64,000 bases of DNA, taken from NCBI GenBank assembly GCA_003009755.1, contig PXUB01000030.1:1-64000 (forward strand). The letters run 5' to 3'. The notes beneath the pieces were generated by a model, which did not search any database, had not been told where the DNA came from, and saw only the letters and a list, made by a program, of their open reading frames with translations. How positions within the stretch are numbered: the first letter of the stretch is position 1; each line of letters begins with the position of its first letter. This stretch comes from Thermoplasmatales archaeon SW_10_69_26. GTDB taxonomy: Archaea; Thermoplasmatota; SW-10-69-26. Made by a program: the position numbers and the translations under genes. Positions 1 through 9,897 of the stretch are shown here, piece by piece.

Positions 1-316
1 GGTGAACATTTCCTGGCCAACCGCTCGTAGGGGGAGACCGTGGGACCGGAAATGTTCTGGTGCGCCGGTCTGAGGCGGGCAATCTTGCTGTACGAATCGA
101 AGATCCGTACGCAGCCGAGACCGGTCTGCGTGGCAGACCGGTGCTCGGCCGTTGTCGCCCCCTGAGATCTCGCCCGTCCGGGCGATCTTAGCCGCGCCCG
201 GATCCCTGATCCGGGCCGTGTCCGTCGACAACCCACAGGGGGTTTCCTTCCTCGGGCTCCGCGACCTTGCCTCGCTCAGACCGGCGCGAGAGCTTAAGCA
301 AAACACCTCCGGCAGT

Positions 317-2032
317 CTAGTTCAGCCGGCCCACCATCTCCTCGACGACGTCCATGCCGCGATGCCAGAACTCGGCGCTGGTGATGTCCAGGTCCTTCTC
401 GGCCAACAGCTCCTCGGGGTCCCGGGAGCCGCCGGCGCGCAGGATGTCGATCACGTCCTCGGCGAAGCTGAGGTCCTGCTGGTAGCGCTGGTAGAGGCTC
501 AAGGACAACAGCGCGCCGAAGCTGTAGCTGGAGACGTAGAACGGCGAGCTGTTGAAGTGCGGGATCATCAGCCACTCCTTGGCGAAGAAGTCCGGCACCT
601 CGAGGTCGCCGAACTGCTCGTCCAGCAGCTCGCGGTAGGCCTCGTCCAGCTGTCGGGTGGGGGCACCCTCGGCCACGAGCTCGTGCGCGCGGCGCTCGAA
701 CCGGGCGAAGTACGCCTGACGCTGGATCGTGGCGTACAAGTCGACGACGCGGTAGGCCCTCAAGGCGTCGGCGACCTCCGGGTTCTCGTCGACCAGGTGG
801 TGGTGCAGCAGCAGCTCGCTGAAGACGCTGGCCGTCTCGGCGAGGGGCAAGGGCGCCGAGGACACCAGCGGGTGTCGGTCGCTGGCCAGCGCGCTGTGCA
901 CCGCGTGACCCAGCTCGTGTGCCATCGTGGACACCGACCGGGCGTCGTCGGTGTGGTTCAGCAAGACGTAAGGCGTCATCTCGGTCTGCGGCGTCGCGCA
1001 GAACGCGCCACCGCGCTTGGTCTCGGCTGGGAACGCGTCCACGTGCTCGGCCGCGAACACCTGGCGCGTGGCCTGGGCGAACTCCCCGTGGAAGCCCTCG
1101 TGCACGTCGAGCACGAGCTCGCGCGCCTGATCGAACGGGATGTCGAGCATGTCCTCCTCGACGGGCGCGTAGATGTCCCGCCGGTCGAAGGGGTCGCCGA
1201 CCTCGTCGGCCTTCCAGGCGAAGAAATCCTGCCAGAGGTCGCGCCGCTCCACGCAGACGTCGATCATCTCGTCCACGACCTCGTCCCGGACGGCGTTGGC
1301 CAGGTTGCGCGGCGTCTCCGGGCGCGGGTAGCCCCGGTGCTTGTTGTTCTCCGTCGTCCAGTCGCGCACGATGTTGCGGTACAGGTGGCTCAACAGCGAC
1401 TCGTGCTCGCCGTACTGCTCGTACAGCTCGTCGTAGGCGGCCCGCCGGATCTCCGGGTCGGCGTCGTAGATGCGGCGCTTGACCTGGCTGCGGGACACCT
1501 CCTCACCGGTCTGGGGGTCCTCGAACGTCAACGAGGACTCGAGGATCTCGCGCGCCTGCTTCAGCGCGCCGACCCCGGCGTCGTCCTTGTCGGCGATGAT
1601 CTCCTCGATCTCCTCCGGCAGGCGGTACTCGCGCCCGCGTCGGAGATCGCGGACATAGTAGGCCAGCTCGGGATCCTCGGGCGTGACCTGCTTGACCTCC
1701 TCGTCGTCGAGGCCCTTCAGCCAGTGCGTGAAGAACCGCGTGCGGTTGCGGGCCTCGGTCCCCGCCTGTCGGGCCCGCTCCATGAACGTGCGCGCCTCGT
1801 CGTCGGTCGTGTCCTGGGCGAACGCGAGCGAGCCGCGGTAGTACAGGCGCTTGGCGGTCTCGTGGAGCGCAGCCAACTCGTCGAGCACCTCGGCCACGTC
1901 CTCCCGGGAGAGCTCGTCGAGCTCGTCACGCCGCTGTTCGATCGAGGCCACGTGGTCCTCCAGCTTTTCGAAGAGAGGCGCGGTGTGCTCCTCGTCGAGG
2001 CTCTCGAGCACGTCGGAGAGGTCCCAGTCCAC
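317..2032 (-). CDS. pepF: Oligoendopeptidase F (M3B zinc metallopeptidase)
   Basis: N-terminal WDLSD, KRGGAFC, HELGH zinc motif, AETASVFSE, HF...FYV-SYSFG; likely GTG start at 2032. Confidence 0.93.
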   Translation of the reverse strand: MDWDLSDVLESLDEEHTAPLFEKLEDHVASIEQRRDELDELSREDVAEVLDELAALHETAKRLYYRGSLAFAQDTTDDEARTFMERARQAGTEARNRTRFFTHWLKGLDDEEVKQVTPEDPELAYYVRDLRRGREYRLPEEIEEIIADKDDAGVGALKQAREILESSLTFEDPQTGEEVSRSQVKRRIYDADPEIRRAAYDELYEQYGEHESLLSHLYRNIVRDWTTENNKHRGYPRPETPRNLANAVRDEVVDEMIDVCVERRDLWQDFFAWKADEVGDPFDRRDIYAPVEEDMLDIPFDQARELVLDVHEGFHGEFAQATRQVFAAEHVDAFPAETKRGGAFCATPQTEMTPYVLLNHTDDARSVSTMAHELGHAVHSALASDRHPLVSSAPLPLAETASVFSELLLHHHLVDENPEVADALRAYRVVDLYATIQRQAYFARFERRAHELVAEGAPTRQLDEAYRELLDEQFGDLEVPDFFAKEWLMIPHFNSSPFYVSSYSFGALLSLSLYQRYQQDLSFAEDVIDILRAGGSRDPEELLAEKDLDITSAEFWHRGMDVVEEMVGRLN

Positions 2033-2522
2033 GACAGACCAACCGAGCGGGGCCCAGAGTAGGTTTCGGCTTCGGACCTCAACAGGCCGGCCGGTAGACG
2101 GTCGAAACGTCCGAGTTGGCTCCGATGCGTCTTCGGGTGGGGGAAGCTGGGGGTGTTCGCGGTTGGGGTCTTCTGGAGGCGACAGCTGGGGTTGCTCAGC
2201 CGCCTTCGCCGTCGGCGTGCCGGCCGGCAACCGCTCGCGGGCCGCCAACCGCTTCCTCGCGTTCTTCCTGCTGCTGATCGCCGGGAACCAGCTCGCCGAG
2301 ACGTGCAGGGCGCTGGCCACGACCTCCGCGGCCCGCCTCACGTGGTTCCGGATCGCCTCGGTGCAGCGACGATGGCGCTCGGCCCAGACCTTCCAGAACG
2401 CCCTCTCACGCGTGCCCCGACGGACAGGGGGCGCCGACCGGGCGCGCAGGAAGCCCTGACGGATCCGCCCTCGCCAGGTTTATCCAGGGCTCGGCGGATC
2501 AGCTGATCGGAGGCTGGTTGAC

Positions 2523-3752
2523 GTGGGAACGAACCGCTGGATGGCTGGTCTGGTCGCCGTTGTCCTCGTTACGGCGACGCTGCTCGCTGCGGCGACCGTC
2601 CAGGCCACGGGCCAAGACGGGGACGGCTTCGGAACGTTTGTCACCGACGGCGATGCATCGCCCGCCGTGACCACGACCGATCCCGACGGCATCTGCCGGA
2701 TCGATTTCGGCAGCCCCGGTGCCGTGACCGACGACGCCTACTACCTCACGCCCGCACGATCCAACCCCGAGGACGGCGACGACGTGGAGGCGTCCGATCT
2801 CCGGCTCACCGGCTTCCAGGCCAACGGACCCGGATCGGTGGTCACGGACGCGGACACGACGGAGACGTCGGCCTCCTGCGTCGAGGACCCCGCCGGGTCC
2901 GGCGGCTCCGGGCCCATCGTGTACGCCTACATCGACGTCGAGGCCGACGGAAACCTCACCGACGAGGACTGGGTGTACGCTGGCGTCGCCGACGACCCCT
3001 CCATCGAGGCCTCCTCCGACGACGGCGAGCTGTGGATCCGCCTGACCCCCACCTCGGATCACGAGGCGGGCACGTTGGTCCTCGCGGGGGACGCCGACAT
3101 CGTGAGATACGGCGACGGTCAGCCCCTCGATGCCGCCGAGCTCGGGTTCGCCGACCTGGACAGCGATGGAGCGTTCTCGGGTGAGGACACGGCTTACGTC
3201 TCCCCGGTGGCTCTCTCGGACGGCGACGACGTCCCGCGCTTCAGCGTTCGCCTCCACGGGACCGTGAACGGGACGCACGACCCGGATGGGGATGGCGTCC
3301 CGACCGAGGAGGACAACTGCCCGCAGACCGCGAACCCCGACCAGGTGGACACCGACGGCGACGGGCGCGGTGACGCCTGCGACCCCGACGACGACGGCGA
3401 CGGCCTGCCCGACGAGGACGAGCGTTCCATCGGGACCGACCCCCTGGACCCCGACACCGACGACGACCGGTTGCCGGACGGTCCCGAGGTCGACGAGCAC
3501 GAGACCGATCCGCTGCAACCGGACACCGACCTCGACGATCTGCAGGACGGCCGAGAGGTCCTCGACACCCGCACCGACCCCCTCGATCCGGACACCGACG
3601 GGGACCTCTACGAGGACTCCACCGAGATCGTCGAGGACAGCGACCCGCTCAACCCGCTGAGCGTCCCGCTGCCGATCGTCGAGTCCCCCTCCCCCGAGCC
3701 CACGCAGGGCGAGGAGATGCCCCTAGCGGACGAGAACCCGCCGCTGTTCTGA
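2523..3752 (+). CDS. Secreted acidic protein with thrombospondin type 3 Ca-binding repeats
   Basis: Signal peptide; DNCP..ANPDQ.DTDGDG.GDACD; repeated [11 protein letters not shown]. Confidence 0.85.
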   Translation: MGTNRWMAGLVAVVLVTATLLAAATVQATGQDGDGFGTFVTDGDASPAVTTTDPDGICRIDFGSPGAVTDDAYYLTPARSNPEDGDDVEASDLRLTGFQANGPGSVVTDADTTETSASCVEDPAGSGGSGPIVYAYIDVEADGNLTDEDWVYAGVADDPSIEASSDDGELWIRLTPTSDHEAGTLVLAGDADIVRYGDGQPLDAAELGFADLDSDGAFSGEDTAYVSPVALSDGDDVPRFSVRLHGTVNGTHDPDGDGVPTEEDNCPQTANPDQVDTDGDGRGDACDPDDDGDGLPDEDERSIGTDPLDPDTDDDRLPDGPEVDEHETDPLQPDTDLDDLQDGREVLDTRTDPLDPDTDGDLYEDSTEIVEDSDPLNPLSVPLPIVESPSPEPTQGEEMPLADENPPLF

Positions 3753-3824
3753 GGCGGGTCCCGCCAGGGACGAGCCGAGGGTTCACGGCAGGGACTATGC
3801 CATCGCCCACCACTGACCGCCTCG

Positions 3825-4391
3825 ATGGCCTTCATCGACGTGATCGAACCCGACGAGGCCGAGCCCAGCTCCGAGCTGGCCGCCTTCTACGAGCGCGTCG
3901 GCGCCGAGCGCGGCAACGTCGCCAACGTGCACAGGGTCGCCAGCCTGCACCCGCCGCTGGCCGCGTCCCACCTCGATCTCTACATGTCACTCATGTACGA
4001 CCGCGAGGCCGGCCTCGACCGCCGCCGGCGCGAGATGATCGCCGTCGCCGTCTCCCGCGCCAACGACTGCGGGTACTGCGTGACCCACCACAGCGAGGCC
4101 CTATCCAAGTACGAGGACGACGAGGCCCTCGTCGAGACCCTCGGCCGCGAGCCCACCGCAGCCGATCTCGACCCCGCCGACCGCGCGCTCGTCGACTTCG
4201 CGCTCCGCCTCACCGACGAGCCCGGCGCGATGGCGAGCACCCACGCCGAGGAGCTGCGCGAGCACGGATTCGACGACGAGGACATCCTCGCGGCGGCCGC
4301 CGTGACCAGCTACTTCAACTTCGTCAACCGGCTCAACCTCGGGCTCGGCGCCGAGCTCGAGGACGACGAGGATCGCGAGTACGATCACTGA
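3825..4391 (+). CDS. Peroxidase-related AhpD/carboxymuconolactone decarboxylase family protein
   Basis: REMIAVAVSRANDCGYCVTHH; YFNFVNR. Confidence 0.9.
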   Translation: MAFIDVIEPDEAEPSSELAAFYERVGAERGNVANVHRVASLHPPLAASHLDLYMSLMYDREAGLDRRRREMIAVAVSRANDCGYCVTHHSEALSKYEDDEALVETLGREPTAADLDPADRALVDFALRLTDEPGAMASTHAEELREHGFDDEDILAAAAVTSYFNFVNRLNLGLGAELEDDEDREYDH

Positions 4392-4497
4392 GCCATCTGA
4401 GCCCAGCCCCAGACGTTTGTAGCCGGGGCCACACCTAGGGCCTCCGGATGCCCACTAGCCACCGGCTCGCGGCCGTCGCCTTCACCGAGGTGCCACC

Positions 4498-5541
4498 GTG
4501 CGGCGGATGATGCACGTCCTGGCGGCGCTCGTGTTCGCGCTCGGCCTCGCCCTCCTGCCGGCCGTCCTCACCGGCCGCCTGCCCGGGTCGCTCGCCGGAC
4601 CGATCTACGTGACGTTGTTCTCGGCGACCGTGCTCGTCGGCTGGCTGGGCCAGGGGGAGGGCCACCCGGCGGTCCCCGCCACCGCGGCCGGCGTCCTCGC
4701 CGGTGGCCTCGGCTGGGGCTTCCTGCAGGGGACCACGATGGGTGACCCCGGGCAAGCCGTCGCCGGTGCCTGGTCGTCCACCGTCTCCGCGTTCGCGATC
4801 GAGACCACCTGGCCACTGCTGGTGGCCATCCCCGCTGGGCTCGTCGTCCTCGTCGGCGTGGCTCGCGGCGAGGGCCCGCTCCCGACCGAGGAGGGTACCC
4901 GGGGCCGGCTCGAGGATCTGCCGGGACGAGCCGACCTGTTCGGCGTGGCCGCGCTCGGGCTGGGCGTGGCCGGCACGCTGTTCGCCGGCTCGACGTTGCT
5001 GGAGAAGGTCGCCGTCGTCGCGCCGATCTTCGAGGAGTACGCCAAGCTCGGCGTCGCGTTGCTCGTCCTCGCCGCGCTCGGCCTGTCCAGCGGAGCCAGC
5101 GCCTACGCGCTCGGCATGCTGTCCGGGCTGGCGTTCGGGCTGCTCGAGCACGCCGTCACCTACCCGGGCGAGAGCCAGCTCATGCACGTCGTCCGCGGGC
5201 TGTTCCACGGGTTGGCGGCCGGTCTCAGCGGCCTGGTCTACGTCCGCCTGCGGGACCGCGAGCTGGCCCCCGGCACCGGCTGGTTCGCGATCGTGCCCGC
5301 CGCGATCGTCCACGCCGCCAACAACGTCTCGGCCGTGTTCCTCGCGTTCGCTCGCGCCACGCGAACCCTCCCCTCCGGTCCCGTGTCGGAGACCTTCAGC
5401 CTCGTCTTCGTGCTCGCGTTGCTCGCGCTGGCGGTTCGCGTCTGGGTCCGTCCGGGCCCCACGGTGGACGTGATCGAGGAGTGGTGGCACCGGCTCAACG
5501 GCGAGATCGACCGACCACGCGTCCTGAAAGCCGGCCCCTGA
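4498..5541 (+). CDS. PrsW-family glutamic intramembrane protease
   Basis: Multi-TM; APIFEEYAK, GLAFGLLE, FHG, HAANN motifs. Confidence 0.75.
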   Translation: MRRMMHVLAALVFALGLALLPAVLTGRLPGSLAGPIYVTLFSATVLVGWLGQGEGHPAVPATAAGVLAGGLGWGFLQGTTMGDPGQAVAGAWSSTVSAFAIETTWPLLVAIPAGLVVLVGVARGEGPLPTEEGTRGRLEDLPGRADLFGVAALGLGVAGTLFAGSTLLEKVAVVAPIFEEYAKLGVALLVLAALGLSSGASAYALGMLSGLAFGLLEHAVTYPGESQLMHVVRGLFHGLAAGLSGLVYVRLRDRELAPGTGWFAIVPAAIVHAANNVSAVFLAFARATRTLPSGPVSETFSLVFVLALLALAVRVWVRPGPTVDVIEEWWHRLNGEIDRPRVLKAGP

Positions 5542-5554
5542 GGTCCCGCAGAGC

Positions 5555-6499
5555 TCACCTCGTGCGGAGGACGCGAGCCGCGAGCGGGCCGCGGCCGCCC
5601 TCGGAGCCGACCGTGTCCGCCGTGGCGTCCACGAAGCCCGCCTTCTCGGCCTGCGAGACGAGGACGTCGAGGTCCACGCCGCTGCTGATGTCCGTGATGC
5701 CGGGCGCCTCGTACACGTCGACCGTCTCGCCTTCACGCACGGCCCGGATCGAGCCCTCGGGACTCGGCGGCCGCTCGATCGGTCGGTCGAGCACGTACAC
5801 GAGCCCGGGATCGACGACGCCTTGCAACTGAGCCAGCCAGCGCCGCAGATGCAGGTTCACCTCGTAGCGGTGACCGACGGGGACCTCGGGGAGGTGATCG
5901 TCCACGAACCGCGTCAGCTGCGGCGGGGCGTCCTCGAGCCGCTCTTTCGGGGTCCACGTGTCGCCGGGCGCGTCGACGTGGATCTCGCGCCAGCCCTCGC
6001 CCGTCCGTTCCAGCCAGTGGACAGGGAACGAGCCCAGCAGCTCGCGGGCGACGACGAACGCCGGCCCGGGCTCGGCGTCGCGTGGTGCAGACACGACCCG
6101 TCCGTCGACCCCGAACTCCTGCAGCAGGACGAGCAGCCGCGTGCGGCGCGCCAGCCGCGGCTCGACGAAGGTCACGTCGACGTCGGCTCGGATCCGCTCC
6201 GGCAGCGACCCCAGCAGGTAGCGGACGAGCAGACCGGCTCCCGGGCCGTGGTCGACCAGCCGGGGAGGATGGTGCTCGGCGAAGGAGACGAACGCCTGGG
6301 CCACGGGCTCGACGAGGTCGGCGACGAACCCGGGTCGGCTCGTCGGTCGATCGCCACGTCGGCGCAGATCCCGGCGGGTGTAGTAGCCGAGCTCGTCGGC
6401 GTACAGCGCCTCGGCCATGTAGTCGCGGAAGGGCATCGGGCCTCGGCCGGCGAGCCGGGAGGCCAGATCGGTGGTGAACTCGCCCTCGTCCGCGGACAT
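5555..6499 (-). CDS. MidA/NDUFAF7-like SAM-dependent methyltransferase (divergent)
   Basis: GPMPFRDYMAEALY...GYY; DHGPGAG; ELLGSFPVH; PGITDISSGVDL. Confidence 0.8.
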   Translation of the reverse strand: MSADEGEFTTDLASRLAGRGPMPFRDYMAEALYADELGYYTRRDLRRRGDRPTSRPGFVADLVEPVAQAFVSFAEHHPPRLVDHGPGAGLLVRYLLGSLPERIRADVDVTFVEPRLARRTRLLVLLQEFGVDGRVVSAPRDAEPGPAFVVARELLGSFPVHWLERTGEGWREIHVDAPGDTWTPKERLEDAPPQLTRFVDDHLPEVPVGHRYEVNLHLRRWLAQLQGVVDPGLVYVLDRPIERPPSPEGSIRAVREGETVDVYEAPGITDISSGVDLDVLVSQAEKAGFVDATADTVGSEGGRGPLAARVLRTR

Positions 6500-6506
6500 C
6501 AGGGCC

Positions 6507-7214
6507 TCAGGCGGACGCGGCCAGCTCCTCGATCTCGTCGGGTTCGAGGCGGCGGAAGCCGTCCTCGGTGACGCGGGCGCCCTCGATCTCCTGGCGAGGC
6601 TCCTCGATCTGCTGATCCTCGGTCATGGCCTGGTAGCCGAGCGCGAGCGCTTCGTCGAGCGGGAGCTGGGTCTCGAAGTTGTCCTCCAGCTGCTCCATGA
6701 CCTCCTCGCGTCGGCTGCCGAGCGCTCCGGCCTCGTACCCGATGAAGGCGCCGGAGGGATCGGTCTCGTAGAGCTTGGCCTCGTCGTTGATGCCGCCGAT
6801 CAGCATGGAGACGCCGAAGGGGCGGGCACCGCCGGTCTGGGTGTAGCCGTGGATGCGCGTCGAGAGGTCTCGAGCGAGCGTCTCGACGTGCATCGGCTCC
6901 TCGTAGCGGATCTTGTTGCCGGCCGAGAGGTTGCGCGCCATGTCGACGAGCGTGCGAGCGTCGGCCACGAGGCCGCACGAGGCGGCCCCGATGTGGTCGT
7001 CGACGCGGAAGATCTTCTCGACGCTGTCCTGGATCGCAAGGCGGCTGGACTCCCGGCGGCCCGACAGGAAGCCGACCCCGTCCTCCGCCGTCACGCCCAC
7101 GACGGTGCTGCCGCGCTTGACGACCTCGCGGGCGTACTCGACCTGGTAGATGCGACCGTTGGGGGAGAAGACGGTGGTCGCCCGGTCGTAGAGGTGCTGG
7201 GGTTGTTGCTGCAC
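6507..7214 (-). CDS. psmA: Proteasome alpha subunit
   Basis: YDRATTVFSPNGRIYQVEYA signature; GLVADARTL; RPFGVSMLIGG; LYETDPSG. Confidence 0.96.
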   Translation of the reverse strand: MQQQPQHLYDRATTVFSPNGRIYQVEYAREVVKRGSTVVGVTAEDGVGFLSGRRESSRLAIQDSVEKIFRVDDHIGAASCGLVADARTLVDMARNLSAGNKIRYEEPMHVETLARDLSTRIHGYTQTGGARPFGVSMLIGGINDEAKLYETDPSGAFIGYEAGALGSRREEVMEQLEDNFETQLPLDEALALGYQAMTEDQQIEEPRQEIEGARVTEDGFRRLEPDEIEELAASA

Positions 7215-7301
7215 GACGGGCCTGTAGGCACGGGCCCATAATAAGCATCGGGGACGACCAACGGTCGCGGGTCGGTCCTCGCGGCCGCCGAGCGAGAAGG
7301 A

Positions 7302-8783
7302 TCAGCGGTCGCCGGCGTCCTCGATCGTCCCGGCCAACGCCCACGGTCGGCTTCGGTCGGTCTCCTCCGGGCACGCGTCGTAGCAGACGTCGACGAACCC
7401 CGCCCACGGTTGGCCTTCCTCGTCGATGACGACGTCGATGAAGTCGCCGACGCCGTGGCAGCGGTCGTCCGCCGAGCACGGGCCCACGGCCAACGGGCTC
7501 CCTGCCTCGTTGACGCGGGTGGAGACCATCAGGGGGTCCTCGCCAGCGGCGTCCGTCGAGCGGACGAGGTAGCCGTTCCACCGAGCTGACGCGTTGGCGG
7601 CTTCCCCCTCGGGCGCCTGCGCGTCGGTCCCGTAGAAGGCCAACGCGATCTCCCCCTCGGGGCCGGCCGCGATGGTAGGGAAGCTGGCGGTCTCGACGTT
7701 CGGAGGTGAGACGACGCGTGCTGGGCCCCAGCTCGAGCCGCCGTCCGGGCTCGTCGCCATGTAGACGCGTCGGTCCTCGCCGACCCAGGATGCGTAGGCC
7801 ACGCCGCCAGCGCCCACCGCCACGGCGACCTCGTGATCTGGGACCCCCGATCCGGGATGCTCCCAGGTCCCGACCTCCTCGGAGACGACGACCCGTTCCC
7901 AAGTGATCCCGTCGTCGTCGCTGAGGGCGACCGTCGGCTGACCGCAATCGCTGCGGGGGAGCAGCAGTCGGCCGTCCGGTGTGGCGGTCCCGTGTCCCGT
8001 CGCCGAGCTGCAGAAGGGCTGGGTCGGGTCCGTCTGATAGACGAGCGGGCTCAGGGGCCCGAACGTTGCCCCTCCGTCGACGCTGGTCGCGCAGGCCGTG
8101 TCGACCACGCGGTTGACGCAATAGTGGACGAGGTTGGGGTACCCGACGGGCTCCAGGGTGACCGGCTCCGAGGTCCAGACGGTCGGATGGTCCTGCGAAC
8201 CCGGCGGTTGCCCGCAACCGACGGGGTTGTGGAGCCACGTGGAGCCCCCGTCGTCGCTCGTGCTCATCGTCGAACACGCGGCTCCCTGGAGATGGGCCAG
8301 GAAGATCCGCCCGGTCTCCGCGTCGACGTGGACGAACGGGTCGTTCGTCTGCGGGGGGAACGACGCTTCCCCGGCGATCCGGGGGGTGCCATCGTGCCAG
8401 GAGTCACCCCCGTCGGTGCTCACGCGGAGGTAGCCCCAATCGGGGACCTTCGGCAGGGTCCGGCTGTAGGCCAGCAGACCCTCGGGGCCGGCACCCAACG
8501 TCGGCTCCAAGGCCTCCGTCTCCGTCTCCAGGCTCGACGTCTCCCCCGGCTGCGGTTCGACCGGGATCGCGACGCCTCGGAGGAAGCTATCGCTGTCCCG
8601 TGGGTCCTGCACGGGGGTCGGGTCGCCGTCCGCGGGGCCGGGGCGATAGATCTCCGTCCCGTTCGGAGGGGCCGCGGGCGTCGCCTCGGCAGCGCCTCCT
8701 GGTTCGACGGGACCGGGGGAGCCTCCCAGGCAACCTGCGAGGAGGACCACGCCCACGATCACGCAAAGCGAACGGATCGGCAT
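7302..8783 (-). CDS. BNR/Asp-box repeat (sialidase-like beta-propeller) lipoprotein
   Basis: LAGC lipobox; multiple SxDGGxxW boxes. Confidence 0.8.
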   Translation of the reverse strand: MPIRSLCVIVGVVLLAGCLGGSPGPVEPGGAAEATPAAPPNGTEIYRPGPADGDPTPVQDPRDSDSFLRGVAIPVEPQPGETSSLETETEALEPTLGAGPEGLLAYSRTLPKVPDWGYLRVSTDGGDSWHDGTPRIAGEASFPPQTNDPFVHVDAETGRIFLAHLQGAACSTMSTSDDGGSTWLHNPVGCGQPPGSQDHPTVWTSEPVTLEPVGYPNLVHYCVNRVVDTACATSVDGGATFGPLSPLVYQTDPTQPFCSSATGHGTATPDGRLLLPRSDCGQPTVALSDDDGITWERVVVSEEVGTWEHPGSGVPDHEVAVAVGAGGVAYASWVGEDRRVYMATSPDGGSSWGPARVVSPPNVETASFPTIAAGPEGEIALAFYGTDAQAPEGEAANASARWNGYLVRSTDAAGEDPLMVSTRVNEAGSPLAVGPCSADDRCHGVGDFIDVVIDEEGQPWAGFVDVCYDACPEETDRSRPWALAGTIEDAGDR

Positions 8784-8971
8784 CGACGGGGACGCGAGCG
8801 CGCACCGATCCATCGAGGTCCACGTCCCCGTTGGTCGCTCACCGGCCATATGTCTTCGGTCCCGCCTCGAACGGGTGAACGTGGGTCATGCGGAAAAAGC
8901 CCCAGCATCCAGTTCGAACGACGACTCTTACGTACGAGCCGCCGTCTACCCGCCTCGGAGCTCGAAACTCC

Positions 8972-9356
8972 ATGAAACGGACGATCGCTGCTTTGGGGAT
9001 CTGTGCGCTGTCTGTTGGCTAGCTTCGCTCCTGCGAGTTCCGCGGCCTCGATGGAGGCAGAGGAGGACTCGGTTACCGTCGAAACGACCACGGCCGTCGG
9101 TGCTCCGCTCGGCATCACTGTCGGTGGATCCGAGGACCGGGTGTCGTTCGAAGTGGTCTACGATGGCGAACGCGCAGCCGTGGGCTGTGACACCATCAGC
9201 GAGTGCGTCGACGAACTGATCGTGATCGGTGGCGACCTCGCCGACATCGTGCTGCAACTCGCGTCCGACATCATCCAGGCGGTCAAGGACGCGTGCGGTC
9301 ACTACTGCGATCGCATCGTCGATCCCCCGCCGGTCGAGCACATCATCGACGTCTAG
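8972..9356 (+). pseudogene. Small secreted Cys-containing protein, frameshifted in its signal peptide
   Basis: MKRTIAALGICA from ATG 8972 joins LLASFAPASSA if the CTGT duplication at 9008-9015 is removed. Confidence 0.55.
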
Positions 9357-9459
9357 GTCGTCAAGGCCTAGTTCCTGCTAGGGGCTGGGTAGCCGTCGCG
9401 AGCGGCGGGATCTCCCGCCGCGCTTCCTCTCCTTCTTTCCTACCCTGACCTGAAGATGA

Positions 9460-9803
9460 GATCCCCCGGTGCGGGGAGTAGTCCCCGTTCTGTTGCCCGA
9501 TCGCGAGGATCGGACGGCGGCATTCGTCTGTGCGTCCCACTTGCCCCTCGCCGCGGACACCTCGACGGGGCGGTTCGGACTTGCTCCGGGGAGCCCGGCA
9601 CGTTTCATCCGTTCCACCGTCGTCGTCGGGGGCTTTCCCCCGTCATCCCGTGACGGTGGCGGTGTCGTTTCTGCTCCGGCTCGCGAGGTCTCCCCCACCC
9701 GGCCTTGTCGCCGGTCCCGGTCCTCGGTGAGCGGGGACCTTCCTCGGTTCGGACCGCGGCGAAGCCGCGGGAACCGTTGGCCGCCCTCCCGCTCCGGGGG
9801 ATC
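9460..9803 (-). ncRNA. rnpB: RNase P RNA (archaeal type A)
   Basis: P1 pairing GAUCCCCCGG/CCGGGGGAUC; GAGGAAGGUCCCC (CR-I); GAAACG and GGAUGAAACG; GGAGCAAG; AACAGAACGGGGACUA (CR-V). Confidence 0.93.
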
Positions 9804-9897
9804 CCCTGGTAGTCGGACCTGTGGTATAGCCGTTTCGTCCCGAACGGGTCAAGGCAGTGCCCCCGAGGATCGAGACGGCGCCTGGCCGTGGGTGTCC

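Noticed and set aside
152-2062. 636-aa plus-strand ORF and many other long overlapping ORFs (e.g. 14281-16485, 17401-19983, 21648-25253)
   Set aside because: Antisense or alternative-frame shadows of real genes in high-GC DNA; Arg/Pro-rich with no motifs
2190-2370. Hydrophobic stretch ANRFLAFFLLLIAGNQLAE resembling a membrane-sensor N-terminus
   Set aside because: No clear start or continuation; at best a gene remnant
9378-9852. ORFs overlapping 9460-9803
   Set aside because: Region is explained by the RNase P RNA
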